The notes under the pieces: model-generated
Databases searched by the model: none
Seen by the model: the letters and a program-made list of their open reading frames with translations, nothing else
Told to the model about the DNA's origin: nothing
Made by a program: the position numbers and the translations under genes
In this document: piece by piece, positions 38,201-48,100 of the stretch
Position numbering within the stretch: the stretch's first letter is position 1
How the letters are laid out: each line of letters opens with the position of its first letter
NCBI GenBank assembly: GCA_950097015.1
Contig: CATNEN010000001.1
Span: 11,160,001-11,224,000, forward strand
Reading direction: 5' to 3'
Length of the DNA stretch: 64,000 nucleotides
From: Macrostomum hystrix
Lineage: Eukaryota; Animalia; Platyhelminthes

Positions 38201-40429
38201 AACAGACTGGGGTGATGGGAGAGACTGGGGTGATGGGAACAGACTGGGGTGTTGGGAACAGATTGGGGTGATGGGAGAGACTGGGTGATGGGAACAGACT
38301 GGGGTGATGGGAGAGACTGGGGTGATGGGAGAGACTGGGGTGATGGGAACAGACTGGGGTAATGGGAGAGACTGGGTGATGGGAACAGACTGGGGTGATG
38401 GGAGAGACTGGGTGATGGAGACAGACTGGGGTGATGGGAGAGACTGGGGTGATGGGAACAGACTGGGGTGATGGGAACAGACTGGGGTGATGGGAGAGAC
38501 TGGGTGATGGGAGAGACTGGGGTGATGGGAACAGACTGGGGTGATGGGAGAGACTGGGGTGATGGGAACAGACTGGGTGATGGGAACAGACTGGGGTGAT
38601 GGGAACAGACTGGGGTGATGGGAACAGACTGGGGTGATGGGAACAGACTGGGGTGATGGGAGAGACTGGGGTGATGGGAACAGACTGGGGTGATGGGAAC
38701 AGACTGGGGTGATGGGAACAGACTGGGGTGATGGGAACAGACTGGGGTGATGGGAACAGACTGGGGTGATGGGAACAGACTGGGGTGATGGGAACAGACT
38801 GGGGTGATGGGAACAGACTGGGGTGATGGGAACAGACTGGGGTGATGGGAACAGACTGGGGTGATGGGAACAGACTGGGGTGATGGGAACAGACTGGGGT
38901 GATGGGAGAGACTGGGTGATGGGAGAGACTGGGGTGATGGGAACAGACTGGGGTGATGGGAGAGACTGGGGTGACGGGAAAAATGTAGATAATGGGATGA
39001 TAAAACTGCTATATAAAAAGTCGCGCCCCAATCCGCAGAATTAATTCATCAGCCGATAGATTTCTAACAACTTGCACTTTCAACCTAACCAAATCGATTC
39101 CGCAATCCATGGATCTTGCATTCGTAGAGCTAGCTGACTCCGGGCAGAATGCCAGCTCGAGTGGCTCACGCCAGTTGGTGTCATTCCTGACACCTGTTAA
39201 CTACGGCTTCCTGGCCAAGATTGACTTCGTCAGCGAGCGCTGGCGTCGCTGCCTAGGCGGGGCCAGGTTCGCCGCAGACTTTGTTGCTAGGCTGGCCTCG
39301 CCAACCCGCCTGCCAGTCTGTCGAGCTAGGCTGGCTTATCTGCCGCCTGAGGCTGCTGATAGAGGGGCTCGCTACTGTAGGACTGGTGAGAAATATTCTC
39401 ATTGGCTTGATTCGTTTTGGCCTACTCTCTGTCCATTCCGCTGAATATGGTTCGCAGGCTCACACTAACACTAGTGCGCACATCTCCTAGGATTTTTAAT
39501 TGTCAGGTAGTGCACACTTTCCTCCAATAATTATCCTCTTCCCCTTTCTCGTCCTCTTCCCCTTTCTCGTCCTCTTCCCCTTTCTCATCCTCTTCCCCTT
39601 TCTCATCCTCTTCCCCTTTCTCATCCTCTTCCCCTTTCTCATCGTCTTCCCTTTTCTCATCCTCTTCCCCTTCTCATCCGCTTCCCCTTCTCATCCTCTT
39701 CCCCTTCTCATCCTCTTCCCCTTCTCATCCTCTTCCCCTTCTCATCCGCTTCCCCTTCTCATCCTCTTCCCCTTCTCATCCTCTTCCCCTTCTCATCCGC
39801 TTCCCCTTCTCATCCTCTTCCCCTTCTCATCCTCTTCCCCTTCTCATCCGCTTCCCCTTCTCATCCTCTTCCCCTTCTCATCCGCTTCCCTTCTAATCCG
39901 CTTCCCTTCTCGTCTTCTCCCTTTGTCACCCTCACCTCATCTTCGCATTCCAGCAATGGCCTCTTCTAGTAGCAACCCTGAAAGCGTGAAATCAGTCGGC
40001 CTGCGCAGCCTCTGTCGCTACCTGCCGCCAGACATCAACGACCCCGAATTCTGGGATTCCGCCGCTTCAGCAGCCGCAGGTTGGGTAACCTTGGAAGCGG
40101 ACTATCTATTCGTGATGGTGGCACTGATGTCGCACATGGCTGCTGACATGCACTATGCTCCAGGCTGCCAATTGAATGACGGCCAGCTGTGGGTGACCTG
40201 GGTTGAAGCCGGAGTGGGCCGGGCTGAGCTGGCTCGCATGTTTCTCAGCCTGGAGGCCGGGCAGCACGTCAGGTGCGCTTCGTTTCACCGCCGACCGGCT
40301 GTGGCGTTTCGGCTGCTCCCGCTGACTCCAGACTGGATGGGAGTCGACGGGGAGAGAGTCGACTGTGGATTGGTGCAGGGAGAGGTGCTGCCCGGATTGG
40401 GCTGCGTCATGGCTCCGAGGATTCATTGA
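35216..40429 (+). CDS. SPHK: Sphingosine kinase-like lipid kinase (DAGK catalytic family), 5 exons
   Basis: Exons 35216-35719, 36247-36485, 37922-38161, 39039-39385, 39954-40429 in frame. C1 NPVSGKG, C2 GGDGIIHEILNGL, C3 PAGSGNGLA, C4 MDL..GFLAKIDFVSERWR, C5 VDGE. Exon 1 is less certain. Confidence 0.85.
36088..36215 (+). mobile_element. Dispersed repeat (SINE-like 3' end with ATT-rich tail), copy A
   Basis: Homologous to 51998-52120: GTCAGCAAAAT..CAGAATTGC..GGTCT.GTGTCA.CAAA.GAT..GCCATTG. Confidence 0.6.
36700..37720. repeat. 22-bp minisatellite (CTGAAGGTATCCTGAAATTCCT)n in SPHK intron 2
   Basis: Direct periodicity. Confidence 0.94.
38162..38975. repeat. 19-bp G-rich minisatellite (GGGAACAGACTGGGGTGAT)n in SPHK intron 3
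   Basis: ~42 copies; starts at the GT donor. Confidence 0.95.
39530..39905. repeat. 17/18-bp pyrimidine minisatellite (CATCCTCTTCCCCTTCT)n in SPHK intron 4
   Basis: Direct periodicity. Confidence 0.92.
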
Positions 40430-41345
40430 GATTCGACACAGTCTAGGGGTGAGATTTTAGAGATTCGACACAGTCTATGGGTGAGATTTTGAGTGATTCG
40501 ACAGTCTAGGTGTGAGATTTTAGAGATTCGACACAGTCTAGGTGTGAGATTTTAGAGATTCGACACAGTCTAGGTGTGAGATTGTTTTAGATTTGACACA
40601 GTCTAGGGTGAGATTTTTTGAGATTCGACACTGTCTAGGTGTGACATTTTTTTAGATTCGACGCAGTCTAGGTGTGACATTTTTTTAGATTCGACGCAGT
40701 CTAGGGGTGAGATTTTTTGAGATTTGACACAGTCTAGGGGTGAGATTTTTAGAGATTTGACACAGTCTAGGGTGAGATTTTTAGAGATTTGGCACAGTCT
40801 AGGGTGAGATTTTTTGAGTTCGACACAGTGTAGGGGTGAGATTTTTTTAGATTCGACGTAGTCTAGGTGTGAGATTTTTTTAGATTCGACGCAGTCTAGG
40901 GGTGAGATTTTTAGAGATTTGACACAGTCTAGGGGTGAGATTTTTCAGAGATTCGACACAGTCTAGGTGTGAGATTTTTAGAGATTCGACACAGTCTAGG
41001 GTGAGATTTTTTGAGATTTGACACTGTCTAGGTGTGAGATTTTTAGAGATTTGACACAGTCTAGGGTGAGATTTTTTTAGATTCGACGCAGTCTAGGGGT
41101 GAGATTTTTAGAGATTTGACACAGTCTAGGGGTGAGATTTTTAGAGATTTGACACAGTCTAGGGTGAGATTTTTTGAGATTTGACACAGTCTAGGGTGAG
41201 ATTTTTTGAGATTCGACACAGTCTAGGTGTGAGATTTTTTGAGATTCGACAGTCTAGGGGTGAGATTTTTCATAGATTCGACACCGTCTAGGTGTGAGAC
41301 TTTTTAGAGATTTGACACTGTCTAGGTGTGAGATTTTATGAGAAT
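40428..41345. repeat. ~33-bp minisatellite (GAGATTCGACACAGTCTAGGGGTGAGATTTTTA)n starting at the SPHK stop codon
   Basis: Direct periodicity with a variable T run. Confidence 0.93.
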
Positions 41346-44319
41346 AAGGCGGAATGTAAGCATAAAAAAATTGAGAGATTCGATTGAAATGAGGGTGTGA
41401 GATTTTAGATATTGGCAAAGTCATGAGTGAGATTTTAATCTCGCAAAGTATAATGCAGTTTAATCTTTCAATCCTGCAGACTCCTAGGATTTGATTAACT
41501 CATCACTGAAATATTTCGTTGTCCTTAATTTCTACTTGCCATGCGAGTTTATCTAAATCCATATACTTCTTTGTCTGTTCTCTTCAAATATAGTAATTGC
41601 TTTGTCCAACTTCAAAAGATCAGAAAGTTGTATTATTTCTTCTTTTTACCGTTGTTGCTGATCTAAATCAAGAACCTCTGTTTTTGTTGATTGACAAATA
41701 TCAATCATTTTTATCATTTATCAACCATCATATTTGATTTTATAACTCGCTATCCATATTCATAAAATATTACCATGAATAACATTTTATCATTACCATT
41801 TCATTAATAAATGTTCGATAATAGTTGTCTGAACGCATGACGACATTGACAACTTTTGTGGACATTGAAATGTTCATTTCATTTCAATATTTTTACCGAC
41901 TTTTAGCGGTTGTAAATTAAGTACTTCCTGTACTTAATTGTGATGTACAATGTTCAATCCCTGACATCTTTTTTAATTCGGAATTACCATGAGTATGTCA
42001 TTTTTCAACTTGCTTGCCATCGAACTAATGTTTTTACCTACTTTACTTTTGTAAGCACCTTATTGGCAATTATATAGTCATTTGTATATTGCATGACTTT
42101 TTCAAATTTTGCATTCATTTTTACGCTCATGTTGTTTTCTGCGCTAAAATTCGTCAATGTTACTGTGTGTTTTGCGAATTCGGACATGTTGTTCTTTCTT
42201 ACCATTTTAACGTCAACAGAAGGGCGTCCTGATATTTTTTCATATTTTATCTGCTGACCTACTGTCTTAAGCAGTTTATCATTGTTATTAAGTTAAGCTG
42301 CGAGACTGTTTGGTTAATCGCTCATGCATGCATTCTATACAAAGTCCTTTTCGGAAAAAATAAACTTGAAATCCTGAAAAGTGTACCATTTCAATTACAA
42401 TCGTGTCATTCTATCTACTTTAAAGATCAAATTTATTGATTGCGTGTTAATTATCTCCAGTTGATAATTTACATATCGTCCAAAGAACCAAAAGTTCAGA
42501 TCGTTGCGAAGATTATAGAAAGGAGATTAAGATTTATTTACATGTAGGTTGCTAGGTTTACAGGATTACTGGATTTTCGGATTGTGGATATGCCTACATA
42601 GGTACGCGTAGATTTTCGCGCAATTAATTATTGATAACTTAGTTAACATAAATCGTTTTATGAGTTTTTTGTGCTGGTACATTATGTACGTAGGACTTAA
42701 TGCCATTAAAGCACGTCTTAAATGGCTTAAATATGGACTTGCAACTACAAAATATAATATTTAGCCCTTCATGCCAGCTATTGCGTTGCAGTTCCTCCAG
42801 ACACTTACATTGAAGGTATTGCCTGCATAACATTAAATAAGGCAAACGTTGGTTTGGCGAAAACTGCGTAGTTAGTCTCGAGAGCTTTTGGGATTAAAAA
42901 ATAGTGGAAATAAATTTTTTGTTGCACGCAGTGTTGCACTAAGCTCAGCCCACCCAATAGTATCAGCTACATTTATCTGCATATTTTAGTTTTTCTTTTC
43001 TTTATTTTTTAGAACGAATTTAAAATACGACTCGTAATGACCAGAAATTTTATAAAGCCTGGCCGCTGGCCCTCCTTGAATTTTTGTACACATCGTATGA
43101 TTTTATTTTAATCCGAATTAATCGATGAAGTAACTTTATTGCGCATATACAATAAATCTAGCGATTAAATAATTATTATATTTATTATTTATGGAAATGA
43201 AATATTGAAGAGAACTTTAGTGTTATATACGAAAACAAAATCGCTACCAAAAAAAATTATATGAACTTATGTTTGAAAACTAATGAAATTTTTATAAATT
43301 TATTTTTGCTCAGCATTATCAATAGAGATATAAAAGACTGGCTTCAAAATAAATTAATTAGTATCCTAGTCTCTCAGTCCTATGCCTAAATTCCCGCTCT
43401 AGTGACTAGATCTAACTTTATTTGCATGAGATAAATGCTGAACTTGCTATTCTAGAGTCTTTTTTTCTCAGAAAGCCCAAGTAAAAAGTAGGTCTCGACT
43501 GTGATTGAATCATTGGAATGGAATGCTATGCATAGGCCTATGGGATTGTTGTGCCATGTAGCATATTCTAGAACATTCAGCAATAGTGCACTTTCATTAA
43601 TGAAATTATTTTTAGTTTTAATTTGCACTAGGCCTACCTACAAATGGGAACTTTAACTGATGTGGCATTGAGGCTTATAAGAAGTAGGCCTATCTATGCT
43701 AGATATTGAGACAAAAAATATTTTTGATGAATGAATGGACAGACAGACACTACTGGCAGTGCGGCCTTTGTTTGCGCCTGGGCTCTGAAGCATGCACTGT
43801 GACACTGCTTTTTCCTATCTGACAGCATATTTTTTGTTGTTGTTGATGAATGAAACATCAAAAGAGTAATAGTTAGTAAGCCTCTACTTAGTGGTACTAG
43901 TTTAGTGGATCCTAGTCATTTTGTCAACTGGTCACCTTGTCAACTGGTTTCCAATAGGCCCTATTGGTTGTTTCGTCAACTGGCCAATGGGATACTCGTA
44001 AACCTTGGTCATTTTGTCAACTGTATGGTGGTAGTGGCCGCACAGTCTCTGAGCACTGAATACACTTATCAGTCTCCATTGCCAAGACGCAAAAATTGAG
44101 TGGCCCTCCTTAAATCCTACTAAATTATATACTGTAGGGGCCTAGTATTTGTAACAGGGCTTGTCTCTCTACTTTTCTCTCTAATGGTAGTGTATCACTC
44201 GGCACGAGCGGTTTAACCTTCTAAGGCACTGGCTTACTATTCTCCAGTCTTTGCTGGGCGTTTTCTGTGGATCAGAGGGTCACAGCCTCAAATAACCAAC
44301 TCAACACTTTTCTTCTTCA

Positions 44320-44703
44320 TGTAACAGGGCTCGTCTCTCTACTTTTCTCTCTAATGGTAACGTATCACTCGGCACGAGCGGTTTAACCTTCTAAGGCACT
44401 GGCTTACTATTCTCCAGTCTTTGCTGGGCGTTTTCTGTGGATCAGAGGGTCACAGCCTCAAATAACCAACTCAACACTTTTCTTCTTCAGTAATAGCTTA
44501 TTTGCTTTTCGCCACACTGGCACGTTGATTTGTCTCAACTGAATTACACTCGTTTATATACACATAAGAAAATGTTTGTTAAAGTAAACGAATTTGACAA
44601 AATATTTAAAATATATTACATATAAAAAATATTTAACGCATTCAAACAAAAAGCATAGGCACGAATTTGACTTTAAAGAAATAATAAAAGCATCCCTACT
44701 ACA
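44320..44703 (-). mobile_element. Solo LTR of the same Gypsy family inserted inside the 3' LTR
   Basis: Complete 384-bp TGTAAC...ACTACA copy flanked by TTCA on both sides (44316-44319 and 44704-44707); carries variants absent from both host LTRs. Confidence 0.88.
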
Positions 44704-45109
44704 TTCAGTAATAGCTTATTTGCTTTTCGCCACACTGGCACGTTGATTTGTCTCAACTGAATTACACTTGTTTATATACACAAAAGAAAATGTTTGTTAA
44801 AGTAAATGAATTTGACAAAATATTTAAAATATTTTACATATAAAAAATATTTAACGCATTCAAACAAAAGCATAGGCACGAATTTGACTTTAAAGAAATA
44901 ATAAAAGCATCCCTACTACAACTTGCCTTCCCTAAAATAAAAATTGAATAAAGCATGAGTGATATTTTTAGTAATAATGTTATTTAAGCTGCATGAGTCA
45001 ATTTTACTTTATGTAGCATCAGGTCACCGTCCTCAGTCCCGTCGCCTCTGCTTCTTCGCCGCTGCTGCTGCTGCCGCTGCTGTCACTGCCGCCGCAGCTA
45101 CTGCTGCCG

Positions 45110-48100
45110 TCACTGGTAGTGGGAGTACCGCTTCCTTGGCACAAAGCCATACTTGTTAGGCTTACGCGGTGCCTCCCGGTGATTCGTGACAGGTGTCGGA
45201 CCCACTGGCTCATTGATTACTGGGCATTTTCTTGGCCGCAGGTTGTACCGCACCTCTTGCCACTGAAGTGGTGCCGCCGCTTCGCTGGCTGCATCCGCTC
45301 GGTCCTCAGCTTCCTCCTCACGGGCTGGTTCCTCTACAGCATTATGGCCTGATGGCTCCGCTTCAGGTTCTTCTTCACTATCTTCTTCCAACTCTTCTAA
45401 CTCTTCTTCCGTTTCCGTTTCAGAGTCCTCCATAAGTTCTTCTGCCGAACTTCCAGATTCCGTGTCTGGGCCTCCATCAGTTTCCTCAACCTCACTTCCA
45501 CTTATGTCTGTCCCTTTGCGGGCTCTCCATTGGATTCTTTCCTCCTCTGAGTCAGAGCTTTCTTCTTGCTCGATTTCCTGGATTGGCCTTTTCACCATCC
45601 TAGGTTGCGCTTCCCTTCTCTTTTTGGTCTTCTGAGCAGTCTCCTGCCTTCCCTTATCTGTTTGTTCTCTCTTCTCTACGTCAGAACTTATGGTCATATC
45701 CGTGGCTTTGACCGAGTTCGGTACAGGAGTCAGATTATTCCGGTGTACCAGCATCATGGCACCGATTAGTTTTCCATCCTCCTCTTTTTGAACTCGGAAA
45801 ACTGTATCCGAAAGCTTAGCTAACACTCTGTAAGAGGCTCTCTTCTTTCGGTGAAATTTATGACTCTCGTCACCATGCAACTGTGGATTGTTTATCAATA
45901 CGAGACCGCCGATTGGCACGGCCTTGGTGATCACTGTCTCAGCAGCCTGCTCCCGACGGTCTCGCACCTTTTCTAATTTCTTCTGAACCACCTTCTGCAT
46001 CTCCTCAATTCTTTTAGCATGATCGGCTACATAGCTAGGATAGTCGTAGTACAATCTGGGCCTTTTGACAACACTGTCTATTGGCAACTCCGCCTCACGT
46101 CCGAACAATAGATAATGTGGAGTGAATCCTGTTGTCTGATTTACACTCGTTCGAACAGCCACTAAAGCTGCTGGGATCAACAGGTCCCAGTCGGAGTGGT
46201 CTTTCTCAACTAGACAGGTGATGATGGACTTTATCTGACGGTTAAATCTTTCTACAAGGCCGTTGCTTTGCGCATGATATGGCGTCGTGCAGGTATGCTT
46301 GATACCATACAATGTACAAAACGCCTGGAACTGACGGCTCACAAAAGTTTTCCCGTTGTCAGTATGGATCCAACGACACTGACCATACTCACTAAAAATT
46401 CTTTCTTGTAGGAGTTTAATAACTGTGTCCGACTTTTGATTCCTGATTGGAAATGCAAACGGGAACTTAGTAGTGCTGTCGATGACTGTTAGCACGTACT
46501 TGTGTCCTCGTCGGCTTTCTTTAGAAATCGGCCCAATCAGGTCAATGTGTAGGCGATGGAATGCCTCGCACACAGGAAATGTTTGCACCGGTGCCTTCAC
46601 CTTATTACCTGCTTTACTCTCGAGGCATGGGATGCACTCGGCCACATAATTCTCTACAGTAGTAACTAGGCCAGGTTTCCAGAATCGCTCTCGTACCTTT
46701 TGTACGGTTTTATCTCGTCCAAGATGTCCTGCTAAAGGACTGTCATGCAATTCTCGGAGGACCTCTTTTTCTATTCCACTCGGAAGTACTACTTTCCGGG
46801 TACCGTCAGTCACGATGGTTAACATTCCATCCTCAATCTTCATCTGCTCGTATGATTTGATCATCTTTTTCAGCTCGTGACTAGCCCCTGTGGGTAATTC
46901 TGGCCTCAGTATTCCTTGTTCCTTCCACTCAATCAGGATTTTAATGTCCTGATCCTCTCTCTGTGCAATAACCAGCTGTTCCTTCGTCAGTGGTACTGAC
47001 AGGAAATCTGTTAATAATTTTCGGCATGCCGTTGTCTCTTCCAATTCCTCATCTTCGAAATAGTCTCTTGCGTCCACGAAAATTTCATTTGCATCATCAT
47101 CATCTGTATCGATGCCACTGTCTGTCTGACAGCTCTGACTCATCATGGCTCGTCCAGTGATTTGACTTTGGTTAATCTTTGCTTCAGAAGCCTCTTTAAT
47201 TTCCGATGGTCTTCTAGACAAGCTGTCTGCATTGCTATGCTTAGCTCCGCTTCTATGCTGGATCTCATACTGAAACTCACTCAACCGTTCGATCCACCTT
47301 CCTAAAATACCCTGGGCTTCTGTTTGACGTAGTAGCCACAGGATCGCTTTGTGGTCGGTACGTGCCAAGAACTTCTTCCCGATCAAATAGAATCGGAAGT
47401 GTTTCATACCATCCACCAAGGCGAGCAATTCCTTTCGTGTTATCGGATATCGTTTTTCAGATTCCGTCATTGCCCTGCTGAAATAGGCGATTGGTCTTTC
47501 TACTCCATCTGCCTGGATTTGTCCAAGACAGGCTCCTATCCTTCCTTCGGATGCATCAGTGTCTAACACCATTTTGACATTTTCATATTCTGAGAATTCG
47601 GGATAAGCCAACACATCGGTGGACATCATTTTCTGTTTTAGAAGTGCAAACGCCTCGTCATGTTTCGAGTTCCATTTCTCCTTAAAGTTCGTTATACCCT
47701 TTTTGGTTAACTGAAACAGCGGATGCGCTGCTTCGGCATAGTCCTTAACGAATCTACAATAGTAGTTGCATAGGCCCAAGAAACTTCTTAATTCCTTGAC
47801 GTCTTGCGGAGTAGGCCATGATCGGATGGCTTCGATTTTGGCCGGATCTGTTCGAATTCCATTTCGGCCTACTATGTGGCCTAGATATTTCAGTTCTTCT
47901 TGAAACAGATTACATTTTCTTGGTCTCAATTTCAGTCCAGCTTCGGATAATCTCCGGAACACTTCTCGTAGGTGACACAGATGTTCATCGAATTCCTTCG
48001 AGTAAGTAACGATATCGTCGATGTACGACATCGCGAACTTGTGTTGAATGCCGATCAACACAAGGTTCATCAACCTCTGGAAGGTTCCAGGTGCATTTGA

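Noticed and set aside
39500-39953. Hydrophobic (LFPFLI)n N-terminus of the 309-aa ORF as a membrane segment
   Set aside because: It is the pyrimidine array of SPHK intron 4; the exon starts at 39954.
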